DNA of 44,363 nucleotides from a virus (Duplodnaviria > Caudoviricetes), in the IMG/VR virus record IMGVR_UViG_3300033485_000034, positions 1 through 44,363 of that record; one strand, given 5' to 3'. Of the stretch, positions 34,600 through 43,170 are shown piece after piece. Numbering within the stretch: the first letter of the stretch is position 1; each line of letters opens with the position of its first letter. The position numbers and the translations under genes are program-made. The notes under the pieces were generated by a model. That model worked only from the letters and a program-made list of their open reading frames with translations, had not been told where the DNA came from and did not search any database.

Positions 34600-34844
34600 G
34601 CGTGAAGGGTGACCTTGGCGACGGACCGCAGTGCCCGGAGAGCCCGGAGCACGGCAGGCTGTACACCGTGGGCCAGAACCTCTGGTGCCCGGTGAGTCAG
34701 GCCCTGTACGGTCCGTCCGTGTGGAGTGAAGTCGACCGTGCCTTCCGTGCCGGCAAGCTAATCCGAGCCGGGTCCGTGTCGCCACCCAAGCCCGAGCCCG
34801 TCGACCTACCTGAGCTGACCGTACCGGAGTTCGACACATGGTGA
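34596..34844 (+). CDS. Hypothetical protein (CPxxxxHG motif)
   Basis: GGAGG RBS; GTGA overlap. Confidence 0.5.
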   Translation: MSVKGDLGDGPQCPESPEHGRLYTVGQNLWCPVSQALYGPSVWSEVDRAFRAGKLIRAGSVSPPKPEPVDLPELTVPEFDTW

Positions 34845-35089
34845 CCCTCGCCGAGAAGCCCGAGCCCCCGCCCTCCCGCCGGGAGCAGGCGGTCGACGCC
34901 GTTTACACCGCCGCCGGTGGAGCCAATCGCCTCGCCCGCGTGTCGCTGGCCGGCACGCCGCGGGGTCACGTCCGCCGGCCCATCCTGTTCATCATCGCCG
35001 GCATCTGCCTCGCCCTCAACGTGCCGGCCGTGGGCATCGTGGCCCTCCTGCTGCTGGCGCTGGGCGACGCCCTGATGGAGGTCGAATGA
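34838..35089 (+). CDS. Membrane protein
   Basis: Hydrophobic C-terminal hairpin; GGAG RBS. Confidence 0.5.
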   Translation: MVTLAEKPEPPPSRREQAVDAVYTAAGGANRLARVSLAGTPRGHVRRPILFIIAGICLALNVPAVGIVALLLLALGDALMEVE

Positions 35090-35358
35090 AGACGCGCACG
35101 CTCATCAGCTTCGAGAAGCTGCCGCCTGACTTCGAGACGCGCACCCGGACGGAGCGCATCGCCACCCTGCGTGCCGAGATGGAGGAGATGGGCGCCCGGC
35201 TCCGGCGCACGCTGGAGGACCGGGCATCCAAGCTGCACGTCTCCGGTTGGGTCGAGGACCCGAACGGCATCACCCTGTACATGCCGCCCGAGCCTGACGG
35301 CAGCCCGGGCGACACGCTCGTGGGCACGCTGGAGATGACGAGGCCCGACGATGCCTGA
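35086..35358 (+). CDS. Hypothetical protein
   Basis: GGAGG RBS; ATGA overlap. Confidence 0.5.
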   Translation: MKTRTLISFEKLPPDFETRTRTERIATLRAEMEEMGARLRRTLEDRASKLHVSGWVEDPNGITLYMPPEPDGSPGDTLVGTLEMTRPDDA

Positions 35359-36391
35359 CCCGCGCAACTCCAGCCTGACGGGCGACGGCTTCCGGTTCTA
35401 CCGCTGGGAGGATGCCGCCACCGGCGAGACGACCGACGTCCTGTCGGTCACGTCCATCCGCAAGCTGTGCGGCGAGCCGTTCACGCTCGTCAACTGGCAG
35501 CTCGCCAACATCATCGACGTGGCCATGTCCACCGTGAAGCGCACGGTCATCGGCCCACGCGGTGGCGTGAAGGAGGTGCGCGTCAAGGACGAGTTCCCCG
35601 GCGAGTTCGCCCGCCGGCTGGCCGCTAGCGACGGCGAGCAGGGCAAGCTCGACGAGCTGCGCAAGTGGCTGCGCGAGCAGGCCGACGAGCCCCGGAACAT
35701 CGCCGCCATCCGCGGCACCATCACGCACGAGGCCATCGAGAAGAACGTCCCGTTCGACCGCGTCGAGCGGCCGTACGTCGAGAGCGCGTTCCTTACACTC
35801 AGCGCCCGGGACAGGGGTCGAGTGAAGAACGGGGTGCAGGACGAGGATGTCGACTTCGTCCGCAACAGCATCCGCCAGTATTGGGACATGCGTGAGACCG
35901 TCCCGTTCGTCATCATCGCCCGCGAGGTGCAGTGCTTCAACCTGACCGCCGGCTTCGCCGGGACGTTCGACGCGCTGGCGTGGTTCCTGCCCGAGGGCTA
36001 CGACGGGCCGATGCCCAAGGCGCGTGACATCACGGTCGACTTCATCCGAGAGCACGGCGGGCAGCTCGTGCTCCTCGACTGGAAGACCAGCAAGGGCATC
36101 TTCACAGACCACGTCGTCCAGCTCCACGCCTACCTGTCGACCGAGTTCGTCGGCAGCGATGGCATCAAGGACCCGCGCCTGACTGACCTGCTGCTCGCCA
36201 CCAAGCATGGCGCGCTGGTCCACATCCGACCGGACGGGTGGGGTGTCCACCAGTTCAAGTACCAAGAGCCCGTGGTCCGGGCGTTCCTCGGGAGCTGCGC
36301 CTTCGCCCGCTTCCTCGCCCAGCACCCTGAGCCCAAGGCCCTGTTCGATACCGAGTGGTCGGGTAAGGCAGCAGAGGAGACCGATGGCTGA
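35351..36391 (+). CDS. PD-(D/E)XK exonuclease (RecB/Cas4-like phage nuclease)
   Basis: SVTSI..AAIRGTITHEAIE..FAGTFDAL..LLDWKTSKG..QLHAY. Confidence 0.85.
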   Translation: MPDPRNSSLTGDGFRFYRWEDAATGETTDVLSVTSIRKLCGEPFTLVNWQLANIIDVAMSTVKRTVIGPRGGVKEVRVKDEFPGEFARRLAASDGEQGKLDELRKWLREQADEPRNIAAIRGTITHEAIEKNVPFDRVERPYVESAFLTLSARDRGRVKNGVQDEDVDFVRNSIRQYWDMRETVPFVIIAREVQCFNLTAGFAGTFDALAWFLPEGYDGPMPKARDITVDFIREHGGQLVLLDWKTSKGIFTDHVVQLHAYLSTEFVGSDGIKDPRLTDLLLATKHGALVHIRPDGWGVHQFKYQEPVVRAFLGSCAFARFLAQHPEPKALFDTEWSGKAAEETDG

Positions 36392-36812
36392 CACCGACAA
36401 GACCCAGTCCGTCCTCGATGCCATGACCGCCGGCATCATGGGGAAGAAGGAGGCCAAGGCGGCACAGCTCACGCCTGTCGGACGGGAGCAGGGAGGCCCG
36501 CTGTCCAAGGCCTTTGACGCCCCGTTCCCGTTCGACTACCCGGCATCTCAGGTCCAGCAGGCACTGAGGAACATCAGGCAGGAGGTCGACTACATCATCA
36601 AGGCGTGCGACGCTGTCGAGGCGTCGCTCTCACCCGCAGGCAGGGTGCCGGTCAACCCCGTCGCCTTCGTCGAGGCCGATGAACCGGTCGCCGTCATCTC
36701 CCCGACCGGCTGGTCCTGCCCAGAGCACGGAGATGCCTCCCTCGTCACGCTGACCAGCCGCAAGGGTCGGACGTACCGGTCCTGCACATCCTGCATGGAG
36801 TTCGAGAAGTGA
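36384..36812 (+). CDS. Hypothetical protein with C-terminal zinc ribbon
   Basis: CPEHG..SRKGRTYRSCTSC; GAGGAG RBS. Confidence 0.55.
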   Translation: MADTDKTQSVLDAMTAGIMGKKEAKAAQLTPVGREQGGPLSKAFDAPFPFDYPASQVQQALRNIRQEVDYIIKACDAVEASLSPAGRVPVNPVAFVEADEPVAVISPTGWSCPEHGDASLVTLTSRKGRTYRSCTSCMEFEK

Positions 36813-37021
36813 CAGAACAGACCCCTCTCTCACCGCACGGTCGTCACTTCGACCTTGCGGACCCGGCCGACCTGAAGCTGCTCGTCGAGAACGGCGTCAT
36901 CTGGAAGACCAAGTACGTGCAGCTCGGTCTCGACGCCCTCCAGTCGGGTGCCGTGAAGCTGTCCGACTGCAAGAACATGCCGGCCAACATCCGCGACATC
37001 GTCTCGGGCGGTGGCCAGTGA
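36809..37021 (+). CDS. Hypothetical protein
   Basis: GTGA overlaps at both ends. Confidence 0.55.
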   Translation: MTEQTPLSPHGRHFDLADPADLKLLVENGVIWKTKYVQLGLDALQSGAVKLSDCKNMPANIRDIVSGGGQ

Positions 37022-37356
37022 GGCCACCACGCATCATCCGGCTGCTGTCGCAGCGCGTGACCGTGCGCACGGTCGCAGACATCGACATCAGCGATAGGTT
37101 CGGCGAGGGGGCGGCGGCCTACGGGGTGTTCGATGCCGACGGCCCCAACATCCTCCTCACCCGCAAGCAGGGCCCCGACCGCATGCGGGAGACGTTCCTG
37201 CACGAGAACCTGCACCTGATGTTCGCGCACGCGAAGCTGTGCGCCGACGAGGGCGGGGTGTCGGAGGAGGAGGCGGTCAACCGTCTCGCCCCCGTCATGC
37301 TGTCGTGGGTGCGAGAGAACCCGTCGGCCGTCGAATACCTACGGAGAAAGGACTGA
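37018..37356 (+). CDS. Small HExxH metallopeptidase-like phage protein
   Basis: AYGVF..NILL..RETFLHENLH..EEEAV..RENP. Confidence 0.7.
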   Translation: MRPPRIIRLLSQRVTVRTVADIDISDRFGEGAAAYGVFDADGPNILLTRKQGPDRMRETFLHENLHLMFAHAKLCADEGGVSEEEAVNRLAPVMLSWVRENPSAVEYLRRKD

Positions 37357-37821
37357 ATGAAGGTCTACCTTGCCGGCCCGATGACCGGCATCCCGCAGTT
37401 CAACTACCCCCTGTTCATGGACACGGCCGCCGGGCTGCGCGCCGTCGAACTCAGCCCCGAGCAGGGCTACGGCATCGAGGTCGTGAGCCCCGCCGAGCTG
37501 GACTTCCCCGAGGTGCAGCTCGCCAGCCTGCTGTCACCCGACGGGAACCTCAACACCATCGAGACCCACGGCCTCACGTTCGGCGACTTCATCGCCCGTG
37601 ACGTCCAGCTCATCATCGACGACGGCATCGACGCCGTGGTCGTCCTCCCCGGATGGGAGACTTCACGAGGTGCCCGGCTGGAGACCTTCGTGGCCAACGC
37701 CATCTGTGGCCTGCCCATCATGACGTGGGACGGCAAGGAGAGCTTCTACAACGTGCCCAAGCTGGACTTGTGGCGCGCGTGGCTGAAGGAGCCCAGACTA
37801 TGCGCCTACTGGGAGGACTGA
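37357..37821 (+). CDS. DUF4406 / nucleoside 2-deoxyribosyltransferase-like protein
   Basis: KVYLAGPMTGIPQFNYPLF..VVSPAE..DAVVVLPGWETSRGARLE. Confidence 0.85.
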   Translation: MKVYLAGPMTGIPQFNYPLFMDTAAGLRAVELSPEQGYGIEVVSPAELDFPEVQLASLLSPDGNLNTIETHGLTFGDFIARDVQLIIDDGIDAVVVLPGWETSRGARLETFVANAICGLPIMTWDGKESFYNVPKLDLWRAWLKEPRLCAYWED

Positions 37822-37823
37822 CG

Positions 37824-38288
37824 ATGGCCGACTACGTCCCCGGGCTGGAGGTGCGCATCACCTCCGATACGGGCGGCGAGAAGGGGCAGAAGGACGAACG
37901 CTTCGGGGGCGGTGACCCGCTGGCGTTCGCCGAGCTGGCCCGTGTCTACGGGTTCGGCGAGCACAAGTACGCTCGCTACAACTACCTCAGAGGATACGCA
38001 TGGTCCCTGTCGGTCGACGCCTTGTTCCGCCATCTGTTCGCCTTCCTAGCCGGAGAGGACCGCGACCCCGAGAGTGGGCTGCTCCATACCGCTCACGTGG
38101 CGTGGCACGCCCAGACCCTGACCTCGTTCCAGCTCCGGGGACTGGGGACGGACGACCGGTTCAGCGCGACCGACCCGACCGAAGGCGAGGAGGACGAGGG
38201 AGACGCTGAGCCCTTCATGTGCTGCGCCTGCCCCGGGGCGTACCCGCACGACGGGATGTGTCTCTACTGCGAGAAGCACAGTGGCTGA
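37824..38288 (+). CDS. dATP/dGTP diphosphohydrolase-domain protein (DUF5664)
   Basis: TGGEKGQK..ELARVYGFGEHKYARYNY..DALFRHL..GEDRDPESGLLHTAHVAW; GGAGG RBS before ATG 37824. Confidence 0.85.
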   Translation: MADYVPGLEVRITSDTGGEKGQKDERFGGGDPLAFAELARVYGFGEHKYARYNYLRGYAWSLSVDALFRHLFAFLAGEDRDPESGLLHTAHVAWHAQTLTSFQLRGLGTDDRFSATDPTEGEEDEGDAEPFMCCACPGAYPHDGMCLYCEKHSG

Positions 38289-38496
38289 CACGAAGGTGAT
38301 GGAGGCCAAGGTGGCCGCCGCCGAGGTTGCCCGGGGCCTTGTCGACCAGTACGACTTCGTCGCCATCATCGAATGGCGGACCCCGCAGGGGCTGGTCCAG
38401 CCCGTGGTCTGGCAGATGCGACTGCGGTCCGTTCATCAGGGCCTGTGCAACGACCCGTTCGACGGCCACGTTCACAGCCACAGGGGCGACCACTGA
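38281..38496 (+). CDS. Hypothetical protein
   Basis: Gene packing only. Confidence 0.4.
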   Translation: MADTKVMEAKVAAAEVARGLVDQYDFVAIIEWRTPQGLVQPVVWQMRLRSVHQGLCNDPFDGHVHSHRGDH

Positions 38497-38549
38497 TGCG
38501 GCGCACCCCGTCCTTGACCGCCGAGGCGCGCCGAATGTTCGCAGAGGAG

Positions 38550-38559
38550 GTGCTACACT
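38550..38559 (+). promoter_or_regulatory. Extended -10 promoter (GTGCTACACT)
   Basis: Matches the GTGCTAnnnT elements at 6140 and 25164. Confidence 0.45.
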
Positions 38560-38676
38560 CAGGGGGGTGGCAGCCGGGAGGCACCATCCCTCGCATCGCC
38601 GAGGCAACCGGACTCGATGCCGACCAAGTCCGAGACGCCATCTTCGCCGAGTCGGCCGACCAGTGGAGACACACCC

Positions 38677-38994
38677 TTGCCGTACATCAACGGAGTCCGC
38701 GTGACGCTCGCCGAGTGGCGGAAGCAGAACCCGCCCAAGGCGCTGAGCAACCTGTTCGGCGATGAAGACGAGCCCGTGCCCGAGCCCGACGTGCCCGTGG
38801 CCGAGCCGGTGAGGCGCAAGCGAGCCACGACCAAGGCCAAGGCCGCTGCCGCCGTGGCCACCGGCGTCAAGCTGCCGGATGGCATCCAGCTTCCCGAAGA
38901 CGGCATCGTGCCCCCCGTGGCACAGGCTAACACCCAGTCCACCCACCTGCATGACGCCGACCTCGTGCTCGACGAGGAGGAGGAGAGCGAATGA
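38677..38994 (+). CDS. Hypothetical acidic/Pro-rich protein
   Basis: GGAG RBS before TTG 38677 (MPYINGVRVTLAEW...). Confidence 0.5.
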   Translation: MPYINGVRVTLAEWRKQNPPKALSNLFGDEDEPVPEPDVPVAEPVRRKRATTKAKAAAAVATGVKLPDGIQLPEDGIVPPVAQANTQSTHLHDADLVLDEEEESE

Positions 38995-39179
38995 TGTTCG
39001 ACCCCAAGCAGCCCCTCTGGCTACCAGCCGGCAGTATCCGGGCCATCCTCGCCCTCCTGCTCGTGACCGTCGTGTGCGTCATGGCGATGCAGGCGCGCAT
39101 CACCGGTGAGGCCTTCCTCACCATCGCCTCCGCCGTCGTGGCCTTCTACTTCGGCGCCAAGCTTGCGGCCTCGAAGTGA
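38991..39179 (+). CDS. Two-TM membrane protein, holin-like
   Basis: LPAGSIRAILALLL..VVAFYFG; GGAGGAG RBS. Confidence 0.55.
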   Translation: MMFDPKQPLWLPAGSIRAILALLLVTVVCVMAMQARITGEAFLTIASAVVAFYFGAKLAASK

Positions 39180-39397
39180 GTCTGCTCGACGAACTTGCAG
39201 CTCCGTCCTCGGTCCCCTGCAAGCTCTGCACCTTCATCCAGTCACGGCCTGAGGCCGAGCAGGCTGAGTGGCACACAGAACTGAGCAAGCCGGTGACGGC
39301 CGTGGGCAACACGGCTGTCGTTCGCGCCCTGAGGCGCCGGCTGGTAGAACTCGACGAGCACTCTGTGCGTCGTCACCGAGAACGCCATGAGCGCTGA
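39176..39397 (+). CDS. Small CxxC..HxxxH zinc/HTH-like protein
   Basis: CKLC..VVRALRRR..SVRRHRERH. Confidence 0.55.
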   Translation: MSLLDELAAPSSVPCKLCTFIQSRPEAEQAEWHTELSKPVTAVGNTAVVRALRRRLVELDEHSVRRHRERHER

Positions 39398-39602
39398 CCC
39401 TGTAGACTACATGGTCGCTCTGCGCCAGTACGTCAAGACGAAGCGCACCGAGGTTCGGCTGCGCTACGCCCTGATGGCTGACGCCGAGGTGGCCCGGTCC
39501 CTGCCGGTGTGGCGTGACGAGTTCGAGGCACAGGCCCGAGAGAAGGCGCCTGTCGTCCTTGACCTCGCGTCCGAACTGAGGCGGCTCAGTGCTGGGTCAT
39601 GA
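39387..39602 (+). CDS. Hypothetical protein
   Basis: Gene packing. Confidence 0.45.
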   Translation: MSADPVDYMVALRQYVKTKRTEVRLRYALMADAEVARSLPVWRDEFEAQAREKAPVVLDLASELRRLSAGS

Positions 39603-40233
39603 GTGGTTCCCGGCAGATGGCCGGGCCACTCGCATCCTAGACTTCGACGTCGAGAACCGGCCGCTGTCCTACTGGATGGCGGACTGTCCGACCGCCGAGA
39701 TTACGGCCATCGCTTCCTGCTGGGCGGACGACCCATCCAGCATGGAGGTGCTGCTGCTCGGCCCGAAGCACCGGGGCCCCACGACCCTGCTCCTTCCGTT
39801 CATGGAGCGGTACGAGCAGGCCGACATCGTGACCGGCCACTACATCCGCCGGCACGACCTGCCCATCATCAACGGTGCGCTCATGGAGCTGGACCTGCCG
39901 CTGCTCGGCCCGAAGCTGACCATCGACACCAAGCTCGACATGTTCAAGAAGGCCGACATCCCGGCCACGCAGGAGTACCTGCTCGAAGTGCTCGACGTGC
40001 GCGACGTGTACGGCAAGCCCTTCCGCAAGTACCACATGAGCCAGAACGACTGGCGCGAGGCCAACCGCCTGTCGCCAATCGGGCTGCGGAAGACGATGGA
40101 GCGCGTCGCGTCCGACGTGTACGCGCACATGGCACTGCGTCTGGAGATGACCCGGCTCGGTATGCTCCGCCCGCCGAGGGTGTGGGACCCGGGCTCCGGC
40201 TTCAGCGAGGTGACCGAGGGCCGGCGCCGATGA
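39589..40233 (+). CDS. RNase H-like (DEDD) 3'-5' exonuclease
   Basis: ExoI LDFDVE, ExoII IVTGHYIRRHDLP, TIDT, ExoIII-like RVASDV. Confidence 0.75.
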   Translation: MLGHEWFPADGRATRILDFDVENRPLSYWMADCPTAEITAIASCWADDPSSMEVLLLGPKHRGPTTLLLPFMERYEQADIVTGHYIRRHDLPIINGALMELDLPLLGPKLTIDTKLDMFKKADIPATQEYLLEVLDVRDVYGKPFRKYHMSQNDWREANRLSPIGLRKTMERVASDVYAHMALRLEMTRLGMLRPPRVWDPGSGFSEVTEGRRR

Positions 40234-40442
40234 GCACAGCACGCATCTCCGGCGAAGACCTGTGCCCGCTGGACGGGCGACCGTCGGGCTACGCTTACGG
40301 CCCGTGCGGTGACTGCATCTACTTCAGGGGGGTGACGAGCCTCCGTCAGGAGCGCGTGGTCTGCAACTGGCCGCGCAACGGCAAGGACTTCGACGAGACC
40401 CCGTCGAAGGTCTACCGGGTGCCGGACGTCTTCCTGCGCTGA
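40230..40442 (+). CDS. Small Cys-rich protein
   Basis: CP..CGDCIYF..VCNW; ATGA overlap. Confidence 0.55.
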   Translation: MSTARISGEDLCPLDGRPSGYAYGPCGDCIYFRGVTSLRQERVVCNWPRNGKDFDETPSKVYRVPDVFLR

Positions 40443-40454
40443 GCGTTTACACAT

Positions 40455-40487
40455 GCCCCGGTCCGCAGTGGGCCGGGGCCTTTCTCT
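40455..40487 (+). terminator. Intrinsic terminator between the convergent arms
   Basis: GCCCCGGTCC-GCAGT-GGGCCGGGGC stem followed by CTTTCTCT. Confidence 0.7.
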
Positions 40488-43170
40488 ATGCTGCCGTCAG
40501 CAGCAGCAGGACCGCCTCGTCGTCCTGATAGAGGGTGTACTCGTCCTCCTCCCACCGTCGGCGCTTGCCCCTGCCGCCCGTGTCGCCGCCGGTGGCGGTG
40601 ACCGTCGGCACGTAGCCCGTCAGCACGAGCAGGACCGGGTCCGGCACGATGATGACGTTGCCGCTGACGGTGACCGTCGGCACGTAGCCGGTCAACGCCA
40701 GCGTGGCTGCCGCTGGCGTGATGACGGTGGTGCCGGTCGCCGTGACCGTCGGCACGTAGCCGGTCAGGGTCAACGTGGCAGCGGCTGGCGTGATGATGGT
40801 GGCGAGGAGGAGCGTCGGCGCGTAGCCCGTCAGCGTCAGGGAGGCAGCCGCCGGCGTGATGACGGTGCCCTTGATGGCAGACGGCGCGTAGCCGGTCAAC
40901 GTCAGGGAGGCAGCCGCCGGCGTGATGACGGTGCCCTTGATGGCAGACGGCGCGTAGCCGGTCAACGTCAGGGAGGCAGCCGCCGGCGTGATGACGGTAC
41001 CAGCGACGAGCGTTGGCGCGTAGCCTGTCAACGTCAGGGAGGCAGCGGCTGGCGTGATGGCGGTGCCCGCAACGAGGGTCGGCGCGTAGCCCGTCAGCGT
41101 CAGTGTGGCTGCCGCCGGCGTGATGACGGTACCAGCGACGAGCGTTGGTGCGTAGCCCGTCAACGTCAACGTGGCCGCTGCTGGCGTGATGGTGTCCGCA
41201 CGGACAAGCGTCGGCGCGTAGCCCGTCAGCGTCAGCGTGGCCGCCGCTGGCGTGATAGTGATGCCGACCGTGAGGGTGGGCGCGTAGCCCGTCAGGGTCA
41301 ACGAGGCTGCGTCTGGCGTGATGATGGTGCCCTTGATGGCAGACGGCGCGTAGCCGGTCAGCGTCAGCGTGGCAGCCGCCGGCGTGATGACGGTTCCCGC
41401 AACGAGCGTCGGCGCGTAGCCGGTCAGCGTCAGCGTTGCTGCGTCCGGCGTGATGGTGATACCGACCGTGAGGGTCGGCACGTAGCCGGTCAGGGTCAAC
41501 GTGGCAGCCGCTGGCGTGATGGTGTCTGCGCGTACAAGCGTCGGCGCATAGCCGGTCAGCGTCAGCGTGGCTGCCACTGGCGTGATGACGGTTCCCGCAA
41601 CGAGCGTCGGTGCGTAGCCGGTCAACGTCAGCGTGGCTGCGTCCGGCGTGATGGTGAGACCGACAGCCGCGACGGTGACCGTCGGCACGTAGCCGGTCAG
41701 GGTCAGCGTGGCTGCTGCCGGTTCGAGGACGGTGCCAAGGACAAGCGTCGGCGCGTAGCCAGCCAACGTCAGGGCCGCTGCGGCCGGTTCGATGACCTTG
41801 TGGTCCGAGACAGCGGCCGTTGGCGCGTAGCCCGTCAGCGTCAGTGTGGCTGCCGCTGGCGTGATGACAGTGCCCGCCACGAGCGAGGGCGCGTAGCCCG
41901 TCAGCGTCAGGGAGGCTGCGGCTGGCGTGAGGACAGTACCCGCGACGAGCGTCGGGGCGTAGCCGGTCAGCGTCAGCGTGGCAGCCGCTGGCGTGAGAAC
42001 GGTGCCCGCGACAAGCGTCGGTGCGTAGCCGGTCAGCGCCAGCGAGGCTGCGGCTGGCGTGATGATGGTCGCGAGGAGAAGCGTCGGCGCGTAGCCGGTC
42101 AACGTCAGGGAGGCTGCGGCCGGCGTGATAGTGACGCCGACCGTGAGTGTTGGCGCGTAGCCGGTCAGCGTCAGCGTGGCAGCCGCTGGCGTGATGGTGT
42201 CTGCGCGTACCAGCGTTGGCGCGTAGCCGGTCAACGTCAGGGAGGCAGCCGCCGGCGTGATGACGGTTCCAAGGACGAGCGTCGGCGCGTAGCCCGCCAA
42301 CGTCAGCGAGGCAGCCGCCGGCGTGATGGTGATGCCGACGGTGAGCGTCGGCGCGTAGCCGGTCAACGTCAGCGAGGCAGCCGCTGGCGTGATGGTGTCT
42401 GCCCGGACGAGTGTCGGCGCGTAGCCGGTCAGCGTCAGCGTTGCTGCGTCCGGTGTGATGGTGGTGCTACCGGTCGTCGTGCCGATGAGGGCGAAGCTGA
42501 TGACGCCCCAAGAGTCGCTGTCAGTAATCGACGACGTGCCGGGCGAGACGGTGGTGGCGGACGAGATGGTCCGAACCTGAACGTCGATGCATCCGTCCGT
42601 ACCCGACGACTCGGCGTAGTGCTGGATGACGGTCCAAGTGCCGGGGCTGGTATAGGCAGCGACGGCATTATCGTCGTTGACCGACGTGATGAGGATGCCC
42701 AGCCGGTCCGGCCCGAGGGTCGTGATGTCCGGCGCCTCGGCCGTCGCGGACAGGCCGACGATGTTAGACCAGCTCCCGGCAGTCCCGTTCTCCATGACGG
42801 CTGCCAACGTCGTCCCGGTGTTGACGTTGCCGAACTCGATGATGCAGCAGTAGACGTCCTCCGACGTGGAGTTGGTGCCGGAGATGCCGACGTTGACGGT
42901 AGTGGTAATCTTCCGGCCGCAGTAGAGGTGGAGGTAGCCGTTGGTCGGTGAACCGACGACCCGCGTACCAACGTAGGTGAGGCCGGGAGACCCGGCCAAG
43001 GTGTTGACGTTGCTGCTGCCGGTCTGGGTGACGGCGCCACCCGTGGCCCCGTCTTGGAACACGAAGAACAGGATGAACGAGTACGAGGCCGACGACGGGA
43101 AGCTGAACGACCAGTCGCCGGTGGCGTCGGTCGCGCCTGCCGGGTAGGAGGCGGCAGTCGGGACAGCCAT
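40486..43170 (-). CDS. Fibre protein: N-terminal beta-rich head domain, 28 tandem ~22-aa repeats and a short C-terminal anchor
   Basis: Repeat consensus ITPAAA(T/S)LTLTGYAPTLxxGTV; C-terminus RGKRRRW..DDEAVLLLL. Confidence 0.75.
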   Translation of the reverse strand: MAVPTAASYPAGATDATGDWSFSFPSSASYSFILFFVFQDGATGGAVTQTGSSNVNTLAGSPGLTYVGTRVVGSPTNGYLHLYCGRKITTTVNVGISGTNSTSEDVYCCIIEFGNVNTGTTLAAVMENGTAGSWSNIVGLSATAEAPDITTLGPDRLGILITSVNDDNAVAAYTSPGTWTVIQHYAESSGTDGCIDVQVRTISSATTVSPGTSSITDSDSWGVISFALIGTTTGSTTITPDAATLTLTGYAPTLVRADTITPAAASLTLTGYAPTLTVGITITPAAASLTLAGYAPTLVLGTVITPAAASLTLTGYAPTLVRADTITPAAATLTLTGYAPTLTVGVTITPAAASLTLTGYAPTLLLATIITPAAASLALTGYAPTLVAGTVLTPAAATLTLTGYAPTLVAGTVLTPAAASLTLTGYAPSLVAGTVITPAAATLTLTGYAPTAAVSDHKVIEPAAAALTLAGYAPTLVLGTVLEPAAATLTLTGYVPTVTVAAVGLTITPDAATLTLTGYAPTLVAGTVITPVAATLTLTGYAPTLVRADTITPAAATLTLTGYVPTLTVGITITPDAATLTLTGYAPTLVAGTVITPAAATLTLTGYAPSAIKGTIITPDAASLTLTGYAPTLTVGITITPAAATLTLTGYAPTLVRADTITPAAATLTLTGYAPTLVAGTVITPAAATLTLTGYAPTLVAGTAITPAAASLTLTGYAPTLVAGTVITPAAASLTLTGYAPSAIKGTVITPAAASLTLTGYAPSAIKGTVITPAAASLTLTGYAPTLLLATIITPAAATLTLTGYVPTVTATGTTVITPAAATLALTGYVPTVTVSGNVIIVPDPVLLVLTGYVPTVTATGGDTGGRGKRRRWEEDEYTLYQDDEAVLLLLTAA
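40595..42462 (-). repeat. Coding tandem repeat, 66-bp basic period, 28 units
   Basis: Recurring GCGTAGCCGGTCAGCGTCAG..GGCGTGATG on the plus strand; a few units are 72-75 bp. Confidence 0.9.

Noticed and set aside
37357-38288. 2-aminoadenine (Z) or 7-deazaguanine genome modification pathway
   Set aside because: No PurZ, DpdA, FolE/Que enzymes or dedicated polymerase in the window; restriction-site avoidance also suggests largely unmodified DNA.
38496-38765. HTH-like ORF MRRTPSLTAEARR...
   Set aside because: It overlaps the better-supported 38677 gene by about 90 bp and contains a consensus extended -10 element; possible but not supportable.
40595-42462. Diversity-generating retroelement or invertible tail-fibre cassette
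   Set aside because: No reverse transcriptase or invertase is present, and the variation is synonymous or unit-shuffling rather than adenine-specific.
40453-42951. 832-aa Arg-rich plus-strand ORF (likewise 1178..3265, 8922..11906, 11958..14231, 22209..23801)
   Set aside because: These are antisense shadows of real genes, expected in high-GC DNA, with no RBS or plausible composition.
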